Source of the DNA: the human T2T-CHM13v2.0 reference genome, Homo sapiens
Length of the DNA: 64,000 nt
Assembly (NCBI RefSeq): GCF_009914755.1
Contig: NC_060934.1
Reading direction: 5' to 3' (one strand)
The translations under genes were made by a program, and so were the position numbers. This document shows positions 46,930-60,573 of the stretch, piece by piece. The notes below the pieces were generated by a model. The model had not been told where the DNA came from and did not search any database. It worked only from the letters and a program-made list of their open reading frames with translations. The stretch's first letter is position 1; each line of letters begins with the position of its first letter.

Positions 46930-47300
46930 CGGAGGGGTTGAGCCGCTGGAGCCACGCAAATTCAGACACCTCTTCCGCCCCAGGTCACTCTACTCGCCCA
47001 CGCTGCCTGCCACACCCATCCGGTTGTGCGGGACACTCCCCGCGTTTCTTCAGCGATTCTTATCGGGCTCCCTCCTTGTTCAATAAAGGTGAAGGGTGTG
47101 GGGTTTTCTGTGCATACGCTCAGGAAGTTGAGTCCCGGTGAAACGTGTCAGGTTGCCATTTCCCAGGCTGGAAAGATTTTCCCAGGACGGGTATGAATAG
47201 ACGATGAAAGTGCACACTCTTACCCGGCTGCCCGACCCAGGTGCCAGGCTTCTGACTCAGGACCATCTGTGGGTGCGAGTGCAGGGAGGTGAGTCACTGC
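46930..47300. promoter_or_regulatory. CpG-enriched candidate enhancer/promoter
   Basis: Locally high CpG; GC box CCGCCCC 46975, KLF boxes CCACACCC 47010 and GGGTGTGG 47094, ETS CAGGAAGT 47121, kB-like GGAAAGATTTTCCC 47170, AP-1 at 47253 and 47290. Motif evidence only. Confidence 0.5.
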
Positions 47301-50300
47301 AGCCTTGCTCAGTCCCCCTGCAGAGGTCAGATCCTGGGCCCCAAAAGCTGCTCCAGGATGAAAGCCTGCTCTCAGTGAGACTAAAATCCTGGTCATTTGT
47401 GTTCTGCAGTCATGGGCATGTAACCCTAATGTAGAACAACAACTTAGCCAATGACTATTTTTTCTGTTCATGCCACAGTACCTGAAGGAGAATTGCTGCT
47501 TCTCTTAATGGTGCCTGCCACCCAACCCAATAGTTAGCATGTGAACGTCTTGCTTGAGATCAGCTTCTGGGTGTAAAAATAAATTTAAATATAGAAAATT
47601 CAAATAACACCCATTCATTTATCAAAGATCTCAAATGTTCTATGATCAAGGCAAAAATCTAGTAGCCAAACAGAGGGTTCCCTAGCTGGTTTGACAGCCA
47701 CACAGAAGGATGGTTTGTACACAGCCACTATTTTTCTAGAAGCCAGGGTAGCTTATGTTTGGGACATATATAAAATACAACGTAAAGGCTCTTTGATTTG
47801 GGGAGGGATGATGGGAGGGGAAATAAAGGTATAAACATGAAGTAACAAGGGAAGTCAAAAATTCAGGTAGATAAGGCGAGAGCTGACGCTGTTGCAATCC
47901 ATTCTTCATTCCCCATACATGAGTTGCCTGAGGTTTCTGAGGTCACAGAAGCTGTGATGAACATGATTCAGTAGGAAGCAAGCAGGAATAGGAGCCAGAA
48001 TCCTGAGTTCTCCTCTCAGCTCTGATGCTGACACTGTGATCTTATTATGTAAGATTAAATAAAAATCGTGTTTTAGACGCGTAGGCAGAGAAAAAGTCAC
48101 CATGCTGAAATTGGCCAAGGGACTGAACAGAACCTGTTGCGTAGGATCTTTTCATGATTCTAAGTTCTACAGGAGTTAGACACAATATCTGAACGGTCTC
48201 AGGTCTCTATCTTTAAGATACTAGAACTCAGGATTGAACTGGAATTTGAAGCAGAATACTCTGTTTGCTGAGTGCTGAGTTCTGCCAAGAGATAAATTTT
48301 TCTCCAGCCTCTGCAGACAGAGGCACCCTGAGCTCCTGGGATCTGGGACAGCAGCCTCGGGGCTGTCCTGGATTTGAACGGCAAGTACAGAATTGCACCT
48401 GTTCTCTCAGTAAACCTGAGCAGTAGACATCCCCATGCCCACTTTAGAAAGAGGGAGGTTAAAGCTCCCATGTGTTAATCAGTTCTCATGGTTAGAAACT
48501 TCTGGAGCTGGCATTTGAGAGATCTGTTGGACTCTGAAGCACATCTGTCTTCTCATTTAAGCCCTGTTCTAGGCATTTGCCCATACAGGGTGTGAGACTG
48601 GGCTTGTCAGTAACGTCCCTGCACTTGTAGAAACAGGACAGAAGAGGCTGCTGGCATGGGCCACCACACAGGCAATGGGCTAAGAAAGAACAGTCAGGAT
48701 GCAAGAGAGAAATTTCTCCGAGTTCATAACCAGCCGATTGTGCAGGTGCAAACTTTGTGATCTGTGCACACCAAAGATCATTTCCGTATTTGCCTTGTAG
48801 CTGCCACTGTTGTTGTTTGCTAGGGAAAGGCTATAGTCCCTTGAAAATCTGTTCTGTTGCCCTGAGGCCACTTGATATCCAAAGTTTTCTTCATCCCTCA
48901 ACCACAGCAAGCACTGACCCTCACAGTGACAGAGTGTGGGCAATGCACTCTGCACTCCTGAGTTACACAAATAAGGATTGATTTGATCGTTTCAAAACAA
49001 GGAGGTCACTGCAAAATTCAACAAATGCTCAGTAATGCCATTTTCTTCGCTGAGAGCTCCTCCTCTGCCAGCAGTACATGTCCCTCTCTAAGAAAAGGAC
49101 TCTCAGAAGTGGGCAGATCGTAAGAGCTATGACTGATGATGAAGCAAAGATGAAAATCGTCTTCATGACTTGCATGTGCAGCAGAGGAAACCACAAGTTA
49201 TTCCCTGCAAGCCGGAAGCAGGCGGATGTTTTCATGGCCAAAGGCAGCAGTCCCCATTTCTGTCTGTCATATTTTAGGGTAACTTGATGGAAGAGAGGGA
49301 GCAGGTGGCAGGGACAGCAAAGCACAGGCACCTTCTAGAAACAGTGAAGGGCTCAAGACATCCTGAGAATGCCAACTGGGTGCATGTGTCTGCTTTTGAC
49401 CCACCCCAGATCTTTCTGTTTCTGAGTCCTGTACACCTGCAACAAGGGTAGGAGGGTAGTTTTTTAAATCGTTTTCCCTGTTTTACAAAGAAGAAATTAC
49501 AATTACAATCTGGATCCCATGGGGCTGTGACATACATCACCCACCTTTGTGCCAGGACTGGGGCTAAGCTCCTTGCAGATACAATTTTTAATCCTGACAA
49601 TCTTCCAGCACATTTGCTATCCTCAACCCCAGTTTTACAAATGACAAACTGAAGCAGAGGGAGGTGATGAAGCAGCTGCATCATATTTGAACACAATTCT
49701 CCCAGTTAAAGGTGCATTTCCATGCATTTGCTCTTGAGAGCTCCTCACCAACTCGCGAATTTAGGAAGATGAGAATTTCTCCTTCAGATACGTAGTGTGT
49801 TGGCCCACATCACAGAGCTAGTAGGGAGCTGGGTTCTGGAACCCAGGCCTTTGAGCTTCGGTGCATTTAATTTGTTGCTGAGATCTGAATATTTCCTTGT
49901 GACTGATCATGAAAACGTGATGAAATGGAAAAGAGTTACTAAAAGGAATGGTGGACGTGGGACTGGAAACAAAACAACGTGCCTCTAAGTTAGCCATTGG
50001 GGTAAAAGTGGAGCGAGGTCAGAGGCTCGTCAGGACTGTACTGGGCACGGCCCTGGCCTCCTCACTCACTGCCCACAGCAGCCCTCCCAGGGGACTGCAC
50101 TGGTGGAGGAGGGGCAGACCCAGTCTGCCCTCGGATGGGACGCAGGGATTCAAAGTCCATTTTTCCATCTGAAACACTGACTGCATCACACGTTACCTTT
50201 AACTGGAAAAAGACAACATGCACTTTGCAATGTTCTGCGTTAAGATGAATACATGATGAACAGTGACAGCTTAACTGTCTGGTTGACCTTGAAGAAAAAA

Positions 50301-51100
50301 AGACAACCATTCTGTTTTAATGTAGTCAAATAAACATCAAGTGGCTTGCAAGTAAAAAGCAGGAAAAGGCAGCACTTTGTGAAAAAGGAGGTTTGGGATT
50401 TGTAAACGTTTTAACGAGTCATCTGGGAAAACCCGAGGTGTGTCTCCTGTGCAAAAGACTCACATCCGGAATTACAAAGGTTTTGCATTTAGCACAGAAG
50501 TGATGCGTCGAAACACCCGATTGTTTAAATTTTAATGACAAACAAAAAACGTGCTTTAATAAGATTTCACTTTCATTTCCCTGAGTAGCTATGTTCTGGG
50601 GCCTGTGAATCTTCTTGGAGCATTAAATGCATTTGTCAATTTGGGGGGTAGCCTTTCAATTAATATGAAGTCAAAATAAAAGGACACTCACAGGTCCTTT
50701 CTTTCCCAGGTGGGGGTTCTTCCTGGTGTTGTACTATTGAGAACTGAATTGACAGGTGTGTGGACATCCCTGGTCATTGTCTTCTGCTGTCTAACCACGT
50801 CGTCTTTCCCATAGGCTTTCCATCTACTGAGAAAGGGGAGAAGGAAGAGAATGAAATGGAAAATGAGTGATTGGTCTTATGTAAACCCTTCTAGGCAAAA
50901 CAGGAACCAGAGGGGGTCTGATATTTTGGATCAAATGAGTTGCTGGTTTTATTTAGAGATCCTGCTTAGAATTAATGCGTCCATGCTGTTGGAGAAGAGA
51001 GCAAAGTAGTGACAACATCAGGCTCATTGTTCATTCATTCATTCATTCATACATTGAGCATTCCTAGGGGCTGAGGAGTCAAGAGCCATTAAATTTTATC

Positions 51101-51474
51101 CAGTAATCTTCCCTTATCTGCGGATTCGCCTTTGGCAGTTCCAGTAGCCTGTGGTCAACTGATGTCCCAAAATAGGTGAGGTCTCAAAATAGGTGAATAC
51201 AAGAAGAAATTTAGAGAGAGAGAGAGGAAGAGAGAGAGAAAGAGAAAGAGACCACATTCACATAACTTTTATTAGAGTATATTGTTGTAATTGTTTTATT
51301 TTATTATGTTATAGGTGATCTCTTACTGTGCCTAATTTATAAATTACACTTTATCACAGGTAGGTATGTATAGGAAAAATCATAGTATATATATATAGGA
51401 TTTGGTGCTTCCATACTTTCAGGCATCCACTGGGAGTCTTGAAACGTGTCGCCCTGGGATAAGGGGGACAACTG
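51101..51474 (+). mobile_element. MER2 (TcMar-Tigger MITE)
   Basis: CAGTAATCTTCCCTTATCTGCGG...GAGAGACCACATTCACATAACTTTTATT...GGATAAGGGGGACAACTG TA. Confidence 0.85.
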
Positions 51475-51988
51475 TATGCACAATTCTTTGTCCAAAGGAC
51501 TCATCCTCCAGGGAGGAAGGGAGAAGGGTGAAGATGCTCAGAGTACAGGTGGCCACTGGCTCTCCCAGGACATTCCATCCATTTCTGGAACGTCATTATG
51601 CTTCAGGGAGGTCATACCGGACACTCACTACTGCTCAACAGCTAAGCAGTAGAAATGAAAACAGATGTTCTTTGTACCTTGTTCAGCTCTACCCTGAGTA
51701 TTCTATGGTAGAAACTTCAACCCTTGTCCATAAATGGGGACATTCCGCTGCCTCTTTCTCTCACAGGTGTCATTTCTGAGCAGGGAAGGTGTGATCTGGG
51801 GCCAGAATGAATGGCCCTGGTGACTTCTTACCTGATTCATCCCACACCAGTCAGAAGGGGCTGTGAAGGCAGCAGCGAAGGAGCCACACATGGACGTGGA
51901 ATGGGCACGCTGACCATCATGGTCACGACTGCAAGAAAGCAGGTACTGAGCCCACTTCTGTCTGAAGACTGTGATATTGAGCTGAGGC

Positions 51989-52002
51989 CACACACACACA
52001 CA

Positions 52003-52033
<31 letters not shown>
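51989..52033 (+). repeat. (CA)n microsatellite
   Basis: Read directly; one CC interruption. Confidence 0.95.
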
Positions 52034-52034
<1 letters not shown>

Positions 52035-53166
52035 GCCTTTGCTTCGAAAGGACCAGGTCCCTCATCATGCATTGTCAACAATACATAAAAGCTGAAAGGC
52101 GCCTCACACTCGGGCTCACGCTCCGCAAGTAGCCAACATGCAAGAAGAGACAGAGGGGCTTCCAGCATGGTGCCTGACACCTGGAGACACCCACTACTTA
52201 CTGTGTGGGTGAATGAAGAAAATGCGTACCTGGCTCCAGAATGGCCCATTGCTGGTTGGCATGGGGTTCCGTTGCTTAGAGGTGAGAGGGTGAGTATGGG
52301 CTCCACTGGAAGACAATAGGGCATAGATGTGGTTCGGCCACATATTTCATCAAGGTGCACCTGTGACTTCTGCAGCATCTAATTTGAGAAATTGATAAAA
52401 TGGCTAAACAGTGTATATTATGGTAGTCGGAGAGATGAGTTGGTTATAACCCCGGCTCTTTCTTGCAGGGCTGCGTGGGTTAATTGGCTGTGTCTGAGGG
52501 TCACCCCTGCACAAGGAGGATGATGACGACTGCCCTGTGCAACCCTGGGTCATCTCAGGGGAGAGCCATTCCCAGGTTCACAGCAAGCACTCTTTTACTC
52601 AGATGGGCCACCTGCATCAGGCCCCAAGGAAGCACTTATTAGTAGAAGAAAAAAAACAAAAACCCAGAAAACAGCCAGTGAGACTATTTTACAAACAAGC
52701 GAAGAGCAGCAACTGAAAGCAACAATAACTACAACATAAATCCCTCTGCAAATATTTGGGATTTCATTTCCACTAAGGATAATGATGGCGTAGAAGGCAT
52801 GTCTGTGGGAGTTATGCACACAGGGAAAAAGGTGGTGAAAATAATCAACCAAAAATAACAAAATTCAATTAATCAAAACAGAACAAAATAAAATGAGCCA
52901 AACAGCATATCTGAATATAAGCATAATAATTGTCGTTGGACAAACCTTTGTCAAATCAAATTGGCTTCTAGCACACGGGCTGATACTTTGTGATTCAAGT
53001 GGTGTTCTACCCACATAATTCATTTAGTTGCAAAGAATGTAACAAATAATGCAATTATTCCAGAGGATCACGGTGAGACATCTATTTGGTGGTGCCTTAA
53101 GCAGAGTGCCCTGATTCAGAAGAATTAGACCAATCTCTGGATTCACAGCCACTCATGAAAACTGTA

Positions 53167-53545
<379 letters not shown>

Positions 53546-54439
53546 TCACTGAATCTATTGGTCAATTCAATTCCGCCATTGGTCAGTATGACTCGGCTTT
53601 TGACAGAGAGTTTTACCCAAAGACTTGCAGAACTTCCTTCCTGCAAGATTTCAGAAGCACAGCAAGCATTGCAAGAGGAAACTACCTTATAAATCATACA
53701 AACCCAGCATCGTGTTCTTTGCTTGTCCTTGCCTGAATTTACTGGAAAATCATGTTGTGAAACCTAAATGCAAATGAACCTTTCTTCTTGCAAATTAAAA
53801 ACTAAATCCATTTTCAACTGAATTCAATGGGAAAAACAAGAATTATTTTCCTAAAAAGTAAATATCCACCACTCCGTAATAATTGTGATCCGCTGTGGCT
53901 TATGTGTCGTGTCTCAGGACATGGACTCGGTCCTCTGCATACCTTACCTCTCATCCTGCAATAATCCTGAACAGGTTCCCATTATCCCCATTTTAGAGGT
54001 AAGAAAAACACAGCTCTAAGGGTCTAAGTAACAATCCCAAAGCCAGAAATCAGTGCAATCTTTCCTTGTAGGTTCCATAAAGGAAGACTCCTCATTGCTC
54101 GCTCAGGGTAAATGTCTACTCTTTGCAAATGCCATTCTTAGCAATCCTTTAAAAACAGTAACTCCTAGATTGTAGTACTGCTCAAAGTTTCTAAGGAAAC
54201 TCACAAGCTTAAAGAAATGGCCGTGGGGTACTTGGGTAATAGCTTCCCCACTTTCTTATCCAGGAGCCTGGCTTCCAGGTGTTACCCTAGGCTGGTCATG
54301 AAGATACGTCCACCTTTTTTTTTGTTTTAAGTTACAGAGTTGCAAATATTTTTAATATTTTAAATTGATAAACCCAAGTTATTTGAATGCCATCTTTAAA
54401 GTTTTTGATTTGTTTTGCTTGTTTGTGCCTTGTCTTGTT

Positions 54440-54553
54440 TTTAAAACTTTTATTTTAGGTTCAAGGGTACATGTGCAGGTTTGTTATATAGGTACACTCC
54501 TGTCACGGGGGTTTGTTGTATAGATTATTTCCTGATCCAGTTACTAAACCTAC
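54440..54553 (-). mobile_element. Older primate L1 (L1PA13-16/L1PB-like) 3' end fragment
   Basis: AACTTTTATTTTAGGTTCAAGGGTACATGTGCAGGTTTGTTATATAGG... is the typical antisense L1P 3' UTR terminus. Confidence 0.75.
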
Positions 54554-54909
54554 ACATCCTGAAAAGGCAACATTTCTGATTCCCTAAGTGCAGGGAGCTC
54601 AGTGGGTGGGGCACAATTGATTAATGGTGACCCAGCAGCTGCAGGCATGCCTTCCCCTCTTAAATCCTATAAACCTTTCTCCCAGGGCAGAGAATGGGAC
54701 TGGCCTTGTTCCCACAGCTCCCTCCCCTTGCCATCCTTGAGCCTTGAGAAGGAGCTGCTTACACAGCGAAGAAGGCCGGAAGGTCTGTGCGACATTCTTT
54801 GGTACCATCTGTGGACATTACTGTTCCATGCAGCCGAGGCTCCGTCCAGCGTTCACTGATCTTACTGTACCTCCCCTCAGATCTAGGGGAACGTGCTGGG
54901 AGCCGCTTC

Positions 54910-56430
<1,521 letters not shown>

Positions 56431-57163
56431 TGAATGCATGGCTTTGAAGTTTGGATCCTAAGCTGACTGTTTTAAATCGGTAGCTAACACTTAAGTTCTC
56501 TTTAATTTACATGAACTCAATTATTTGTATATTTGAATGTTGCTCAAAGGCAATTTACCATGAGGAGTTAGATTTAAAAAAAATAAAAATAAACCCCAGC
56601 AAACACACATATGTGTCATGGTAAGCCCACTTGATCTAGCTTCTGAACCTGAGAATAAATCACCTATTTGGGGAGGATAGCACATTGCACAAGGAAGGTG
56701 GGGATGATAGTGAAGGATTTTCCATTCCCATCTGAAAGGATTCAGAAGGCTGCATTCTACTGCAGCCCAAACTGCCCCACTTTCTTGTCTCCTCACCAAC
56801 AGAAAAATGCCACCTGGGTCATGCCGCCTGGCTCTGGAGTGAGTTAACTGATAATGTCAGTGCATGTCATTAACTATCTTGCACATCTGGAAGCAGATCT
56901 TGCAGAACCAAATGAAATGTGGTAACGCGAAACTTAAGAAATCAAGGGGAGCGGCGCTGCGCTTGGTTGATACCTGCAAGTCACCCATAAATGTGCCTGT
57001 CGTCAACAAAGGGCAAATCTTGGAAAAATGGCGTGCAACCCTGTGTTCAGTTACCCATTAGCCAAGCCCTGGAGCTTCGAAAGAAGCTCGTTGTTTGTTC
57101 ATGGCAGATCTGAATTGGGGCTCTTAGTTTAAAAAATAATTCCAGAGATCATGTGATCATTGA

Positions 57164-57368
57164 CATATATATATATATATATGTATATGTATATATATAT
57201 TTGTATATGTATATATATATTTGTATATGTATATATATATTTGTATATGTATATATATATATTTGTATATGTATATATAAAATGTATATACATACATGTG
57301 TATTTGTGTGTATGTATGTACATTTTATATATACATACACATATATTTAAATACAAACACACACACAC
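57164..57368 (+). repeat. TA-rich repeat containing a 20-bp minisatellite (TTGTATATGTATATATATAT)
   Basis: Near-identical 20-mers at 57181-57260, with further degenerate copies. Confidence 0.9.
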
Positions 57369-58129
57369 TTACAGTGTTTTGTACAGATCATGTAAAGGAA
57401 AGTAAATGCAACCTAGCAACTGCAGCTGAACGGGACTCGTAGGCCAATGGGCATTCTGGTTAAATCTGTCTTTTAAGATTCTGTGGTGATCGTGCCGCCT
57501 GGCGTGGCTTCTCTCAGGACATGTGGAACCCATATTTACTCTCCTCTTTGTCTCTTCATCCACAGACGTTTAGAGAATTCTCGTTAAAATTACTTAGAAA
57601 CAGAAAGACCTTGTTATAAAATAAATCTAGTTAAACACACTTTGTTGTGGTCCTCATTTGCGTGATGCATGGGCCTCATTTTCGTCTCTCTGTATCTTAA
57701 CTGTGTGCATTAGGTGATTCATGCCAATTAATGCAGGATGTCACATCTCCAATTGCTTTCTCTATCTTCTTAAACATTAAAAATAAATATGTGCCATCTG
57801 TCTCATATCTTGAAAGCAATTCAAAATGGTTACTTTTGTTTTCTCAGGATTACAGCACAATTTGTAGCTGGAGTGCTTCTGAATTGTGAGAAAGCCCTGT
57901 CTGCATTTCATACATGTAATGTCATATTATGGTGGCTGCTGCAGATCGAACAGCAAAGGTTGGGCGAGACAGCAGTGTGGGATGGTGACAAAAAGCACGG
58001 TCTTTCGCATCTAAGAGACCTGGACCAGTATGCTGAGCCTGCTGCTTCCTAGCTGTGACCTCAGGAAAGTTGTGTTGTCTCTCAGGGCCTCAGTTTTCCT
58101 CATCTGTGAAATAGATATAACATCTACTG

Positions 58130-58435
58130 CAGCGGTCTCCAGCCTTCTTGGCACCAGGGATTGGTTTCACGGAAGACAGGTTTTCCACGGACCAGGGATG
58201 GTGGGACTTGGGGGTGGAGAAGGGTAGGGATAGGTGGGGGTGGGAGACGGTTTGGGGATAAATCTGTTTCACCTTAGATCACCAGGCATTAGGCCATTAT
58301 ATTCCCATAAGGAGCATGCCACCTGGATGCCTCGCATGCACGGTTCACAATAGGGTGGTTCATGCTCCTTTGAGAAGCTAATGCCACCACTGATCTGGAA
58401 CAGTATCGATCCGTGGCCTGGGGGTTGGGGTCCTG
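58130..58435 (+). mobile_element. MER1B (hAT-Charlie) next to a MIR
   Basis: CAGCGGTCTCCAGCCTTCTTGGCACCAGGG...GGAAGACAGGTTTTCCACGGACC...CCGTGGCCTGGGGGTTGGGG; approximate 8-bp TSD ATCTAC(T/A)G; MIR motif CCTCAGTTTTCCTCATCTGTGAAAT at 58088-58112. Confidence 0.85.
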
Positions 58436-59911
58436 TAATCTACAGCACAAGAAGTAGGAAGCAGACACCATTATCTGCATCATCATGAAATTTTGCTAGG
58501 AAAGTAATTCCGTTTGGCAAGGATGGTTGTTTAAAAGTAGCTCCTGGTGGCATAATATTAACAGAAAAGAGGGGAGTTAGGTGTGAAAGCTGTGTTCTTT
58601 CTCCGTAGCAATTACAGCAGAAAAGTAAGACACTTTCCTCCGATTGCCTGTGTTGTCCTTTGAGCACTCAGGTCAACTTGGATAGGGAACGGGGCCGGTA
58701 AAGTGGGGACACTTGGGAGACTTTGGGTCCATTTACAGCTACAACAGCACTTTTCAAAAATGGTGATTTTAATTTAAAAAATGGTATGCTATAACGCAAC
58801 AAATGTCTAAATAACTTAACTGTAATTAGACGGGCAAAGGGCAATCTGAGAAAGTCCTAGTTTCCATTTGAGCACAGTTTTCCTCAACAATTCTTTCATG
58901 TAGCACAAGAGAAAGCTTTCTCGAGCTGAGGCCAGCACTCTGAAGATGGCGAACGTGTAATTTGAAGTGCACCCTATACTTACACACCACAGAATTGTAG
59001 TGCTATCGAGAATGCTGGATCCACGTGACCTAGCCCTATTTTAGCAATAAGCAAACTGAGGGTCGGTGTAGCTCAGCAAATTGTCCAAAGCACACAGCTC
59101 GTTCAAGCTAGAACATTTCCTTTCTTCTTTTAGCTAGGTTTCAAAAAATTTGTTAAGCAGACTGAAATTTTTTATACTTCTATAAATACCCTAAGGTTGC
59201 TGCCGATTCCTTGCACGGCAGCGCTAACAGCCTTATTTGAACATAACTTAGCTGTCCTGCATAGTCTTTCCATGACAAAGTGGTCAAGTCTTAATAGTAG
59301 CCGCGAATGACTATCAAGACTTTAAATTTAGACTGTACATTCGGGGCAATCCAACCATGAGTCATGTTGACATGTGCTTGGGGATAGAACACGCCCACGA
59401 ATCCCGGCAATAATGTCGTCTGCTCCCCACGTCCTGCCCTACCACAGCTCCCTCCAAACTGCTGACATTTTTACCACAGTTATAGAAAGAAAATTAATGA
59501 ACATTCCTAGTCTGGGCACACATCTTAACATCCATCCCCTCTCCAATTATAAAATTAAAAGCAACCACTGTAAATTCCCCACGTTTAGCAAAATGAAGAG
59601 CTATGGAGAGGAGTGAGCGCTTAAGCCACCTCAAGTAGAATATCCTTGTTGTCACACTAAGAAGCTGGTTCCCACGGAAACACATTGATTTACCCCATTG
59701 CTACTGATTGGCTTAGTGTAATCTGAAAATGGACTCCTACAAGGATCAAATTGTCCTGGTCCACACAGTAAAGCAAAGCTGAGATTACTTGCTAAACATT
59801 GCTCTAAAAAACAAAAGGCTGCCTATTTTCAAACAAACTCTACATTTAATGTATCTTATTGGCCTTAAAAGAAAAAAAAGAGATGTAACTCCTCTGGCAG
59901 TGATGTCATCT

Positions 59912-59917
59912 TTTATT
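59912..59917 (-). terminator. Distal canonical poly(A) signal AATAAA of KLF6
   Basis: tttatt on plus; a T-run lies downstream on the minus strand (plus A-run at ~59866-59879). Confidence 0.65.
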
Positions 59918-60428
59918 TTCTGCCCTCCTTGACTGAGAGTGGGCTGAGGTTGTGAGAACAGCCCTCTGGCCTGGAGTCCCTCTGCCTCCTCCACCCCTCC
60001 CAGACATGCCTCAGCCAGGTGTGTGGCAGGGCTGGCTGGGGAAGGTAGGCCCAGCTCTAGCTGCGGAACTGGAGCAGGCTGTGGAGGCACAGAAGTGGCA
60101 GGGAAACACTCAAGTTTGTCGTTGTGCAGGTGCCTCTGCAATGCATTCCCTGGCTTGAGCAATGGAAGATCAAACCGGCATGGTTCCCTACTGTGCCCAC
60201 AGCCGGGGGGTTGTTTTTGTCAGTCCTTGGAGAAGAGTATTTGATGCATTCAGGGAGGGCAATGTCAGGCTCGCTGACATCCTCTCCAGCTCCCAGGACA
60301 GGCTGTGGAAAGAGGAAGGGGCTGAGGTCGGTGAGTTGTTCTCAGGGTTGCTCAATGAAGATTTGCCCCCAGGAGGAAGCCAGGGTGATGAATGCAGGAG
60401 GAATCTGTTCCAACAACCCCCTTCCCCC

Positions 60429-60573
60429 AAAAAAAACAACCAGACTCAAGATGCTGATAAGAATTCTTTTATGTTATTCCAATAAAAAATACATTCATAC
60501 AGAAATATAACAATCTTGCAAAAAACAATTTCAAATAAAATCTTGTAAAACAAAATTTTACAAAAATCTTACA
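60429..60573 (-). terminator. Non-canonical poly(A) site of KLF6 (UGUA elements + AATAAC/CATAAA + U-rich downstream element)
   Basis: Minus strand: four TGTA (plus-strand taca at 60490, 60498, 60559, 60570), then AATAACATAAA (60468-60478), then GGTTGTTTTTTTTT (60429-60442). Confidence 0.6.

Noticed and set aside
51911-51925. TGACCAT-C-ATGGTCA palindrome as an oestrogen response element
   Set aside because: The half-sites are everted, not the GGTCAnnnTGACC arrangement, and a 7-bp arm is expected by chance.
60481-60539. Plus-strand AATAAA hexamers
   Set aside because: They are the complement of the U-rich KLF6 UTR; no evidence for a plus-strand gene ending here.
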